This document shows positions 1-12,183 of a stretch of DNA of 64,000 bases, one piece after another. Numbering within the stretch: position 1 is the first letter of the stretch; each line of letters starts with the position of its first letter. A model generated the notes under the pieces. That model ran no database searches, had not been told where the DNA came from, and saw nothing but the letters and a program-made list of their open reading frames with translations. The position numbers and the translations under genes were made by a program. The stretch is from Guillardia theta CCMP2712 (taxonomy: Eukaryota; Protista; Cryptophyta), in contig NW_005434574.1 in assembly GCF_000315625.1 (NCBI RefSeq), forward strand, positions 50,797 to 114,796, in the 5' to 3' direction.

Positions 1-413
1 CCTCCTGCTCCTGCTCCTGCTCCTCCTCCTCCTCCTCCTCCTCTCTCCTCCCTCTCCTCCTCCTTCTCCTCCAGTCTTTTCACCTGTGCAGTGAATGTCT
101 CACGTTGTCGTATACAAACTTGCAGCAAAACTGTCCGTCTCTTGTTGTTCGATAGTTGGCAGCTGTCGCAACAACATCGATAATATGCGTGATCTGATCT
201 TCAGCGATCTGGCAGCAAACCATACTTTGTCAGGCCATGGTAGCGAAACATTGACATAACAGCACAAGTTTGTGGTGAATTTGCAATCTTGCTGTGATTG
301 GGATAATTTGATAGGATATCACAATCCTCAGGTGGTACCGACGTCTTGATATGAACAAATGATAGACAACGACAGAAAAGCACGAAACGGGTCAGAACAC
401 AGCAGCAGCAACA

Positions 414-501
<88 letters not shown>

Positions 502-1927
502 AAAGCAGCAGCACCACCACCACCACATTCACGTTTGTGTTACCTCATCCTCGCACATTGAAAAGAAGATATCTTTCTTTGGATCAATAAAATTTGTAAA
601 TCTCTCCCTCGCAGCGTTTGTAATCTGTTCGCAAGTGAAAAACCAGTTGACTTTCCATTGATTGTCTGTTGTCTTCTTCAGCAATCTTGCATATTCTGTG
701 ATGATTTTTCCATCCTGCTTGCATGTTAGAAATAACCAAAGGAAAAACATTTGAGGGGAAACAACATATCAAAGATTGTACGACCCCTTCTTCTCTCCCC
801 TCTCTTCTTCTCTCATTTTCTTGCCTCCCCTCCTCTCCTCTTCTCCCCTCTCCTCTCCTTCCCTCTTCGGTCCCCTCCTCCAATCTCCTCTCCCTTCCAT
901 CTTCTGACTCCAACAAACAAAAAACTTTCACCTCGTAGCAGCTTGCTGCAACACAAACTCCATACTTCAACTTCTTCACATCCAAAGCATTTTCGTCATC
1001 TTTTTCTTCCTCATCTCCAGAGTCGCAGGACGGGACATCATCGATGGCATACAAATGAAATTCTTCCTCGTCGAGCTTCAACCATCTAGCAAAGAAAATC
1101 AAAATAATGAGCAAGAGTACGTAAAATCTCAAAGCACTCACTCATCCTCCTCTCCTTCAGTTCTCCATCGCACAAGATGCTCGTTTTCTTCTTCTTTACC
1201 CTGAGATGCACAAAACATGATCAGGATCGAACCAAAAGACATTTTGGTGTAAGACAGAAATGGGAAGATACGTATTGGCTCCACACCTGTGCCCGACGAT
1301 TTCTGCATAATGCCATTCATTCTTGGAAGTTTCAACGGTGAACACTGAGACCTTGATCGCCCTTCCAATAATCTCTCTCCCATAATCTGCACAAACGGTT
1401 TCAGCAGCCTGACCTGCCAACATCATCTGGAGTTTGCCTCTCTTCGTTGCTGCTTGCTTTGATGCTCTAGAGCTCTTTTTGCCATTCACCTCCTCCTCCT
1501 CCTCCATCATATCATCGTCTTCTTGGAAGCTTTCATCGTCGTCGTCCTTCGACTTCTTCTTCACCCTTGCTTTATCTTTGCCCTGGTCAAGTTTCTTCGC
1601 GGTGTCTTGAAGCCCCAGCTCTCGCATCAGCTCCTTGTTCCTTGCGATGTTCTGCCGCCTTTTCTCTTCATACGACATCTCCTGCTGAGGTACTCTCACC
1701 CCCACACTCTCATGCTCGTCCGATGGTGACTGAGGAGGAGGGGTCTCGAGGCTAGTGGCCATGGCTGCAGGACAGAAGGAAGTCTTAGCATGCAGGTTGG
1801 CAGACTGAGCAGGGAGCGAGGAAGAGTCTTGATGCAGCTTCATCTTCATGGTTCCCTCCTTCCTCGTCGCCTTCTCTTCCTCTGTCCTCGTCCGTACACG
1901 GCGCTGGCGCATGCCGAACGCGGACAT
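1..1927 (-). CDS. Multi-exon putative chromatin protein: YEEKRRQNIARNKELMRELGL motif, Tudor-like domain, possible BAH-like segment; 3' end runs off the window
   Basis: Manually spliced exons give MATSLETPPP...YEEKRRQNIARNKELMRELGL...IIGRAIKV...EWHYAEIVG...HLVRW...WLKLDEEEF (Tudor-like), then EYARLLKK...WKVNWFFTCEQ...KKDIFFSMCEDEV (BAH-like). Likely start ATG is 1762 (or 1927). GT-AG introns carry microsatellites. Confidence 0.55.
399..499. repeat. (CAG)n microsatellite, intronic
   Basis: About 33 near-perfect CAG units; source of spurious poly-S/poly-L ORFs. Confidence 0.95.
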
Positions 1928-2129
1928 GGCGGCGACTGTCGGGGACAGAGGTGAGTGGGGGGTAGGGGTGATACAATGGGGGTAGGATATGAGATCATAC
2001 GGGGCATTTCAGAAAGGGTGGGGTACATCAGAATTGCAGTCTTGAGGGAGGTGGGGTAGTCTCTTGCCTAAATTGGAAGGAGGGGGCGAGTTGGGGCAGA
2101 CTGGAGAAGGCAACAAGTAGGACGAGCAG

Positions 2130-2290
2130 GAGGGGAGGAAGAACAGGGAGGGCAGGGAGGGCAGGGAGGGCAGACAGGGCAGACAGGGCAGGCAGGGAGG
2201 GCAGACAGGGGAGGGAGGGCAGGGAGGGCGGGGGGCAGGGAGGGCAGGGAGGGCTTGCAGGGCAGGGAGGGAGGGCAGGGAGGGCAGGAG
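2130..2290. repeat. Degenerate GGGCAGGGA(G)/GGGCAGACA tandem repeat
   Basis: Directly visible 9-nt-scale units. Confidence 0.85.
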
Positions 2291-2866
2291 CTTTGAGGTG
2301 AAACAAGTAGAGAGCAGAGAGTTTTGATCAATAGAGCGCACCGAGCCTGGGGAGTTCCAGGGTTTGTATCCCCAACATGAATTTGTGTGAGAAGGATGCT
2401 ACAGTTGGTAGGGGAGGAGAGGTGCGAAGAAGGGTTTGGGTGCTTGGGGGGGCGGCATGGAGAAGCGGTGTAAAACCCACGTGAACGAGGTTAAAAAGAG
2501 CAGCTATGTAGAAAGCCAGAATGATTTGTTGATACCTGAGTTTTGGAGTGGGAAGTCCCCAAGATAAGGGGGCAAGGTAAATGATACCAGATTAGAGTTT
2601 ACGGGGCACGCACAAGAGAGTATGTTGGAATGTTTGCAGAGCAGTTGCATTAGAACACTGTAATATGTGCCACATTCAGTATTGTAAATAAACACGACGT
2701 GTAAGTAATCTTGTTTTGATTTCCAAACAAGACCCACCTCTCATGACTTTAACAAAAGCATCATCCCACGTAGAAAATCATATTCAATCGGTCTCAAAGA
2801 ATGGAGTGAAAATGAGGTGGACCATGCTAATTTGAGTCAATGATGTTGTCTATTTTCATTTATTTC

Positions 2867-3587
2867 TCATTCACTCACTTCAAGGTTTTGCTCCATGGTA
2901 CCGGAAGATATGTATGTCAATTCCTCTTCTGCAAAGTACCCTGTAGCTGTCGCAGCCCCAGGTCGTTCAGTGAACAGCTGCACCTGTCAACAAGACATGA
3001 TAAGACTCGGCGAAATCTCACGTCGTTGCTTGCCTCAACGCTAGCTTCTTCCATGCTGTTCTCCGCGCAACAACATATAGGGTCTTCTCCGCACTTCTCC
3101 CATACCGAGGTTACACGCCCTTTGGTTCCTGTACGGTGAGGCGCTGGATGTCAGACTGGAAACACGATGATCTCTGGCTTCACGTACCTTTGACGTTCAT
3201 TCCATTCACGGAAACATCCGAGCTCACAACAACTATGTCGCCCTTCTCGAAGCCAATAACGCTAGATCTGCCGGTGCAGTCAATTGCAGCCAGAGAATCA
3301 TAGCGCTGATATGTCGCAAAAGTGCAATCCAGCTAGAAACACTCACCTGTCAGCCATCCAGAGAGTTGGCGAGGATCTACAACGAGTGTCCAATGCTGCT
3401 GACAGGGCAGAGACAGGTTACAAACCCTTGGTGCAGGCATGCAGACACCTTTGTTGAGTGAGGTATGAGTGAAACGACTCTGACAAGATCGAGGAACCCT
3501 GAGAGTTGGAGCATTGAAGGCCATACTCTCGCTCAGCACCGTCATCGTCAACACCATCGTCAGCTTCCCTGTCACCGGCATCTCCAT
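2867..3587 (-). CDS. Plastid-targeted small protein, ferredoxin-thioredoxin reductase variable-chain-like SH3 fold with a CxxDPxCCC insert (about 5 exons)
   Basis: N-terminus MEMPVTGKLTMVLTMTVLSESMA|FNAPTLR is a signal peptide plus Phe-starting transit peptide. Spliced core: FEKGDIVVVSSDVSVNGMNVKGTKGRVTSVWEKCGEDPICCCAENSMEEASVEVQLF...GYFAEEELTYI. Confidence 0.6.
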
Positions 3588-3639
3588 TAGCTGCAAACTC
3601 TTGTGTATTGTTGGTTGTAAGGCATGGCGTTGCCTTTAT

Positions 3640-4740
3640 TTCAGCATGGGGGAGACCGTCACGGGCGTGGATCATCGAGTCGAACCGCGCCCGCCTCACG
3701 GTCACCAGCCAAGTGGGTCCGCCCCGGGACCCGTACCAGGGGGAGTTCCCCTCAGCACGCGGCTACACTGAGGACGGTACCACCCCGGGCCACTCCCGGT
3801 AGTTGTGAATGAATGCCAGGGTAGTGGTACCGGGTAGTGGCGGCTACTACGGTAGTAGTGGTTCAATGACTGCCATCAGTAGGTTTTAGTCAAAGTTAAG
3901 CCTGTGAAGGACGGTAAGGTAGTAGTATGTAGTCCCGGGGCCCGCCGGGATAATATTCAAGTTGCTGGACAAGACTGGGGTAGTTTTAAGTTGCCTCAAG
4001 TTATCATAGTCCGATCCGCAACTTTTACTCAAAGTTAGTTAAGTTATTATCATAGTAGTATGCTCACTGACGACTGGTGTAGAGGGTGTAGAGGGTACTC
4101 GTTGCCCCGAAAGTTGAGGACAGTAGGGGGTGGGGTCATCATTTACATAATTTCCACCCCATTGACAATCAGAGGAACAGATCAGGATTGCACGAGGGTG
4201 GGGTCATATGTGAGGGTTAGGACCCGGGTACTTCTCTGAGTGGTAAGGGGTAGGGGTCTTCAACCACCCACTGGATATTTTAGATACTACTAGTGGGATC
4301 AGAGTGGGTAGGGGTGGTGACACATTTAACTATCGGGGGTTGCAGGGGTAGGGTCCTTTTGATGGTACTGAAATCGGAGTGTAGGGAAATACTACCAGGG
4401 GTGGGGTCCAAGGGTTTCTGGTGCCCGTAGGTTAAGTTCGGGGTGGGGTGAATGGATACAGGCAATACGTCCCTCTTGAGGTCAAGAGGAGGGTGAGGTA
4501 GTGAAATCGTGGGTGCTCTCCATTGAATAGGGTAGGGGTGATTGGTTTTTACAATATCGTCTATGAAGGGGTATGATCATTACCACATGAGTGGGAATAG
4601 TGAGGTGGGGTATACTTTTAATGAGGACGGCTGGAATATAAGGGGGTGATAATTGGCCTACAGTAGTCCTGGAGGGGTACTATATCCAAAAGGGTGGGTT
4701 CATTTTTGACCAGGGGTGGTAGCCCTAGCCGGAGCTCTGG
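3640..4740. promoter_or_regulatory. Divergent intergenic region: GC-rich core plus GGGGT-rich flank
   Basis: Lies between the 5' ends of the genes at 3587(-) and 4768(+). Contains CACGGTCAC and CCCGGG motifs, then about 600 nt rich in GGGGT. Confidence 0.5.
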
Positions 4741-4767
4741 AGCGGCGCCAAACGGTTGCGCGGGGGA

Positions 4768-7023
4768 ATGCAGGAAGAGACGCGGGGTGGAAGAACAAGA
4801 CGAAGATGGCGAGTTCCGCAGATGCAGAAAGAAGATAGAGAACTGGAGGAAGGAGACGATTACAACATGGAAAGGGTGGCACTCCGACCACGGTCGTCCC
4901 GGCTCAAGGCGAAAATGGAGAAGATGGAGTCAGAGAAGGCCAGGTTTGTGCCACTGCGCTCGATGTAAAGAGGACCTTTGATGGAATGTTGAGATCCTCG
5001 AGTGTATTGTTCTGAATTTTCAACTTGTTCAATCTTTTGGTTCACGATGATTTGACCCTCTTGCTGTTTATTTTGAGCTACTTCATAATTTTCTTTCTTC
5101 TGCAGTGATTTACACATCGGGCATGCTTACCCTGAACTGAGCCATGAAACTCGTGATGGTAAATGTGCTGTTCATTAATGCTCTATTTGTTCAACAATGA
5201 TGTTGGGGTTTCTTAGATGACGTTTGTGGGCAAGAAAAAATGAAAAGTCGGAAGAGAGTAAAACATGACAGAAATATGCGAGATTACATTCCAAAACAGG
5301 ATGAAGTCATCTACCAACATCCTGCAAAATCTTCTTCACTACATGTATTCACTTTACGGTTTTTGTGATGTTCGTTCATTTTCAATTGCAGTTTGCATGT
5401 CAACCATTATTGCATTCCAGAAAATCTACATCGGATGGGGAAAACAAATATCCTTGCAACGCCAGTTTTCATGAAAGAAACGATCTTCTGGAGCAAGTCA
5501 AATCTGACATTTTGAAAGAAGACTGTTCAAATAGTTTTCTACAAGCGGCAAAGGTAAAATGTTCTTTTGAAGATTGGACTTTACCTAACGAATTTCTCAT
5601 GGACAGAAGGAATTATTTGAAGCAGACTTTAGAAATGAAATACCCAAGCTGGAAATTGAAGATTCCAACTTATCAGCCTTCAGTCCAATTCAGCACTTCA
5701 ATGACATGCAAAAAAATCCCAAGCGAGCCAAGAAAAAGGACTTGTCCTTTGCGATCTCTGCGACATCTCTTCAACAGGAGCAAAGGCTTAAGAGGCAGCA
5801 AGAAGTGCTCAAGGTCTCTTTGCATTCCACTGTTTGGTTTCAAGGAGTTGACATTGTTGAATGCGGTATAATGTCACAGGCTATAGGAGAAGGAGGGGTT
5901 ACTGAAAAAACGATTCTGGGACGCCTTGGGGATAGCAGATATACTCGTGAAATTCTTCGACGGTTACTCGCCCAAGGGATAGTTAATCGTTGCGGGAAAG
6001 GAGGGTCGAATGATCCGTTTCTGTATAGTCTCAACAAGGTGAGGCTCTTGATAACACGCTTTGGATGCCTGATTGATGGAAAAGGAACATTTTGATGAGA
6101 AGGGGAACGTCATTTGCAGTCCCGACATGATAGACCCGGGTATACATATACACTGGCATGCGGTAAAATTCGATGACGCTTGCATTGCTTTGAAGGTCTA
6201 GAAGTACGACTGAGAAGGATTGAAGGAAAGATCAAAACTTTCCTCGATAGCCAAAGCGGATATATCACGGAAAAAAGGATAAGAATTGAGGAACCTCTTT
6301 CTTGGTGGATATCTCGGAAGGATGAAAATGTTTTCTGTAGGTGGGAGATAATACTGGGACTGGAAAAGCCTTGCGCCGTTTAGTGATAACGGGGGTGGTT
6401 GAACGAGAGGTATGGACTGATTTTGTGCACCATACTTGTGTTGATCGGGAATTCAGGGTAGAGGGGGTATCGGAGATCCTTACAGGTACAGACGCAATCC
6501 AGAACAAGATGGGTGCGAGACCAGAAGGAGAATAGGTTTGATCCCCTCTTTTTGACGAGGCCCAACCATTTGACGATGTTCAGGTTCATACGCTTCTGGA
6601 CCCATCGTGTGCGAAAGTGTAGCAGATTCAGACCTTAACAGCTCGCCAACAGCGTCAAATTCATCCCCTGGAACCCTTGCTGTACATCAATCGAACTTTA
6701 TTTGCTTTGCTCCTCCTCCAATGCAAGAGGATCATCCGTACCCTATGCATGGAAACGAAACATATCGAAAAGGTTGGAAAACTTTGACGAGGACTGGATA
6801 ATGTAATGTTTTTGTCTCAGAAGCCATGGAGGGAACAAATCTTGGTTCAAATCCAAACGAGACATCAAAATGCGGTATTTACAGCTCAAGAAGGGCATAT
6901 AGCCTGCATAGCAATGATCATTTCATGCAGGATTACCTTCTTTCAATGGCGATTGTCTCCCAGATATTCATGACAGCTTCGACATTTTGGTATGAGAGTT
7001 GTCAAATTGCTGCGAGCAATTGA
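4768..7023 (+). CDS. Multi-exon protein with two tandem winged-HTH-like repeats (putative DNA-binding protein)
   Basis: Repeat 1: TEKTILGRLGDSRYTREILRRLLAQGIVNRCGKGGSNDPFLY. Repeat 2 (spliced): TEKRIRIE..VGDNTGTGKALRRLVITGVVERE-GRGGIGDPYRY. Introns are ~50 nt GT-AG. Confidence 0.6.
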
Positions 7024-7544
7024 CCTCTTGCCGATTAGAACGAGACTGGAGGTGCAGATTCAGACAAAGCACGTGTTTCTTACTCTCACCCTCACTGGGC
7101 TGTGGAAGTGGAGAAGGATTTCTCCTCTAGTATGTAGAAGCATCCCTTGACCTCTGATGGTTGACGGTGATGTAAAGATCCGAATGGTAAAGAAGCAAGG
7201 AAGGGCAAGAACTCTCAGAAGAATGGAGTGGAGAAGACAGGAACGGAGGGATCCTATGCTGACTCCTACTCTGTAAGCTCGTCGATGTTGACACACAGGG
7301 AGGGAACTCATGCTGTGACAGCAGGAGTTCATAGATGTAACCAACATCATGACATCGATGTGCGGCAAGACGGGCTATGACGAAATGGACAACGAACAAT
7401 ACTGATGCGTGACTTCGAGCGGATGAGGACGTTGAACTCTTGTGGCAAAGTGTTTGCAGGGATTAGCTAACTGGTGTACTCTAATCGGAAATCAACCATT
7501 TTTTCGTTTGTTTGGCCCTTTGACGCTGGTGTGCGGTTGATGTC

Positions 7545-9176
7545 TCAGTGAGGGGATCTAGCTTTCCGCACTAGCCTCACAGAATTTAGTGCTGACCATT
7601 CAAGCTCAGTCTCTTCCTCAGTTCCTGGCCGATAACTCACTGTCCAAGCAGCAGGAGGGTGAAGTCTTACCTTGCTCCTGCTCCTCTTCCATGGCATCCG
7701 TCGCCTCTACCCACTCGCCAGTGGAAGGGTGACGAAACTTGGGAACGATCTTGGAGACCTAGGAAGGAAGTTGAGGCAGGGGAGAGGAAGGGAGAAGATG
7801 TAGGCACTGACCTCCGGCGCAAAGATGATTTGAAGCTTGACAAACTGCTTGTCTGAGCTCCAACCCTAACGAGTCGATGAGAGAGGAACGCAAGGGGAAA
7901 CGGAGGGGAGGAAAGAAAAGAAGGGAGGGGAGGGGATGAGGTTGTATGGTGACCTTCACTATTGCTTGCTTGTAGTCGGAAAGATTTGGTACCCATCCCT
8001 TCCACTCTCGTCAAGATGATGAAGAGAAGAGAAAATCTCAACCTGAAGCTCGACGATCTTGAAAAGAATCTCATCACCCACGGCTGGTCTTGTCTGAAGA
8101 AACCTGTGAGATGTGGTTGTTCAGTCGATCACTGGAGGTGTAGCAGGCAAGCAATACTTGTATTGCTCGTAGTTTTCTGAGATGTAGTGCGAGTTGCAGC
8201 CATTGCCTTTGCCTCTGTCTTTGTCTTTGTCTTTGTCTTTGTCGTTGTCTTGCTCTCTTGTATTGTTCGAAGGTTGTCTTGCCGATCGCGATTCGTTTGC
8301 TCTGTTGCTCTTCTCTTTATCCAAAGTGGCCAATGCTGCTTTCTGTTCCTTCTGCTGCTTCATGAAAGCATTTTTCTAGCCTCAAAGATTCAGTGGAGGA
8401 TGCGAAGAAAAGAGACGAATGATGAGAGGAAATCAGGAATAATGCAAGACGTTGAGAAATTGAAAAAAGTGTGGCTAAGGGCAGAGAACAAAAGAGGATC
8501 AGGAGAATTAAGTGATTAGACTTGAAGGGAGGAGGAGGAGGAGGAGGAGGAGGAGGAGGAGGAGGAGGAGGAGTAACGAAGGGGGAGGAGGAGGAGAAGG
8601 AAAGAACGACACGAGGAGGACAAGAGAAGAGAAAGAGGAGGAGGAGGAGGAGGAGGAGGAGGNNNNNNNNNNNNNNNNNNNNNNNNNNNNNNNNNNNNNN
8701 NNNNNNNNNNNNNNNNNNNNNNNNNNNNNNNNNNNNNNNNNNNNNNNNNNNNNNNNNNNNNNGAGAGGGAGGAGAGGGGAGGAGAGGAGAGGGGAGGAGA
8801 GGGGAGGAAGAGTGGGGAGGGGGAGGGGGAGGAAAGGAAGGTGGAGGGTGAGGGTTAGGGGAGGGTATGGCGGTATCGTCTTACCTTCCTCGTCGAAAAC
8901 AAGCCTCCTAGCTTTGTTCAGCGGTGTAACTTTCTTTTGAGTGGACCTGACCTCCTCCTCTTGCTTCTCCTTCTTCTCGTGCTCCTTCTGTCCTGTGCTT
9001 CCCTGCTGTTCCGGTCCATTCCCCTGCTGTGATTTCTTCTTGCCCCTCCTCCTCCTCCTCCTCTTCCTGCGGGTTGATGAACCCTGCTCTGACTCCCGAG
9101 CATTCTTCGCTTCCTTTCCGCTCATCCTTGATTTCGTCGGCGAACCTTTCTTCGTCGAAAGTGTCGCATGCTCCTT

Positions 9177-9213
<37 letters not shown>

Positions 9214-9363
9214 GCCCTCACTCCTTTACTCTCTTTCTTCTGTACTTCTTCCTCTTCCTCACTGCTTTCGCTGCTCTCCTCTTTCTCTTTTTCCTCATTG
9301 TCCTCATTTTCGTCGTCGTCGTCGTCGCTGTCGTCGTCGTTCTCCTCCTCCTCCTCCTCCTCC

Positions 9364-9397
<34 letters not shown>

Positions 9398-10075
9398 TTT
9401 CTTCATCCCCATCTACATCTTTCTCTCTCATCATTCCAGTTGAAATCTTCTTGTCACGAGTAGAAAGGCCGTTAAGCTTCTTGGCAGAGGAACGTGCTGT
9501 TGCTTCTTCGACTTCGTCATCGTCTTCGCTGCTTTCATCCTCCTCCACCTCCTCTACTTCCTTCTCCTCCTCCTCCTCCTCCTCCTCCTCCTCCTCTACT
9601 TCCTCCTCCTCCTCCTCGCGCTTGTTCTTCTTGTTCCTCCCTGCCTTATCTTCGATACAAGTAACAATAGAGCATCAGAAGTCAATCTTGCCTTACCTCT
9701 TCCCAGTTTGTTCGTTGACTTGTTCAACACACTCCGAGCCTCTCCGTCTCTCTCGTTCACTCCTACATGCGCCTTGTCATTCTCACACAACTTCAAACCG
9801 TCTCCTCACCTCTCCTCCACTTGCTCGCTGACATCTCATTCCTAGTCATCAACAGGCTCACCTCCTCCACCCCATCATCACCTATTCCCGCATACCTTGC
9901 GAACATGCAGCCAAATGCTGCTCCTGCTGCCGCCGCCCCTGCATGTCAAGTTGAGCAGGCGGTTGCGATCGGCCCTCCTTGCACTTCACCTGCTAAGAAG
10001 GCGCTGAAGAACTTGGGGTCCATCATGGCGGATGGCTCTTGCAGGAGAGATGACCCAACCCTGCGTCTCTTGCCT
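7545..10075 (-). CDS. COIL: Coilin (Cajal body scaffold); 5' end missing, probably in the gap at 10254-10353
   Basis: Acidic/Ser-rich linker, basic RRKRRRRRRGKKK and RRLVFDEEG. Spliced C-terminal Tudor-like domain NYEQY..RPAVGDEILFKIVELQ-GWVPNLSDYKQAIVK-GWSSDKQFVKLQII...ELEWSALNSVRLV matches the coilin pattern PxVGxxIxFKxxEL..P.xSDYK...W.xL.xxRL. Confidence 0.8.
8663..8762. other. Assembly gap (100 N)
   Basis: N run inside a purine-repeat intron. Confidence 1.
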
Positions 10076-10082
10076 GCTCCGT

Positions 10083-10135
10083 ATCATCATCATCATTATC
10101 ATCATCATCATCTCCATCATCATCATCATCATCAT

Positions 10136-10214
<79 letters not shown>

Positions 10215-10646
10215 TCCATCATCATCCATCATCATCATCATCATCATCATCTCNNNNNNNNNNNNNNNNNNNNNNNNNNNNNNNNNNNNNNNNNNNNNNN
10301 NNNNNNNNNNNNNNNNNNNNNNNNNNNNNNNNNNNNNNNNNNNNNNNNNNNNNGATGATGATGATGATGATGATGAGTGATGATGATGATGATGATGATG
10401 CTGATGATGATGCTGATGATGATGATGATGATGCTGATGCTGATGACGGAGTTGTTGATGATGATGATGACGATGACGACGACGATGGAGATGACGAAGA
10501 TGACAATGATGACGGAGATGATGATGATGATGATGTAGATGAGGAGGAAGATGATGACGATGATGATGATGATGACAACGACGACGATGGAGATGATGGA
10601 GATGATGATGATAATGATGGAGACGGAGGTGATGATGATGATGATG
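10083..10646. repeat. (CAT)n - gap - (GAT)n microsatellite tracts
   Basis: Oppositely oriented ATC-family repeats flank the N gap at 10254-10353. Confidence 0.95.
10254..10353. other. Assembly gap (100 N)
   Basis: N run. Confidence 1.
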
Positions 10647-10657
10647 GCTACTTTCAG

Positions 10658-11352
10658 GTTGATGCTTTTGTGAGTTGGTCTCACTACTCTCTTATCCCTG
10701 AGAACAAGGTTGTCAATCTCGTTGAAAGGGTAGGGAGATGAAAATCGTTCACACTGAGATGTAACTTGTACAAAGATCGACATGCTTGCAAAGGAAATCA
10801 CCTATCAGTCTTCTTCTACAGACATTGTTCACGAGGTATGTCTCGTTGAGATGAATATGACTTGGGCCTTACGGGGTTGCAAGTTAAACGCAAACTCGAT
10901 GGAGATGTGCGAGAGAAGAACGCAGTTCGTGATCTACCAGGGAAAGAGAGGACTTGGTGTCTCTTATGGCAGGTAGGAGAGGAAGCGGGTGGGTGTGTGG
11001 GTGTGTGGGTGCGGAGGGGGAAGATGGAAGGCAGGAGGAGGAGGAGGAGGAGGAGGAGGAAGAGAGAGGATGGGAGGAGGAGGAGGCAGGGGGAAGGAGG
11101 CAGGGGGGAAGGAGGAAGGGGAAAGATAAAGGAGGAAGGAAGACGGGGGAGGGAGGGAGAGAGGGGGAGGGAGGAGGAGTAGAGGGTTCTAAGTCTGTCG
11201 TAGTGGTCATCCCCTTTTGCTGGGCCTCTCAGATGAATCAGCAATGGAACGTCCTGACTTATTGGAAAAGAAATCTACGAAGAGGTGGTGTTGATGCTGC
11301 TGCTGTTAATCATAGAAATATTGAAAGAGATGATGATGGTGATGATGGTAGA

Positions 11353-11406
<54 letters not shown>

Positions 11407-12135
11407 GGTGGTGGTGGTGATGATGATGATGGTGAGGAAGATGATGACAATGATGATGGAGATAATGGAGATGATGACGGGGATGATGATGATGGGGACG
11501 GAGATCATGTTGACGACGAAAGCTTGTGTATTTTTTACATTCTACATTTACCTGAAGACAAACGATCATTCTCTTCTATCAGAGGGAATCTACGTGGAAT
11601 CAGCTGATAGAGCTGGAAAAAGACATATGGGGTTAGTTCGCATCCTTCTTCATTTATCCTCTTATGCCAATCAACACAGCAAATTCCCTATTCCTCTGAC
11701 CACAACGTTTTCCTGCCCCTTCTGCTGTCTCCTATTCGTGCTCCGTGCTCCGTGCTCCACTACCTCCGTGCTCCACTACCTCCTCGTACTCGTCCTCGTC
11801 TTCTTCCTCCTCCTCTCTCTCCTTTTACCCATCCTTGTGCTCCCTTATTGTCAGTCCAGGTCTCAGAAGTATCTACACCGCTCGGTGCCACTGACGAGTA
11901 GCTTGCTTCTTCTCACCGGAACTGTCAAGGTGCTGGATCAGGACGATAGCGAACTTGTTCGATCACTGTGTTGTCCTTGTGAAGAAGGTGAGGAGGAGGA
12001 GCAGGGAGGAAGGAGTTTTTACTAGGCCTGTTTTCCAGTACCATTACATCCTGAACGACCAACGCCCGGCCTCGGCTGATACAAATTTGATGGTCCTGCA
12101 GAAAGCTGTTCTGCGACTGGTTGACAGGTATTCCA

Positions 12136-12183
<48 letters not shown>

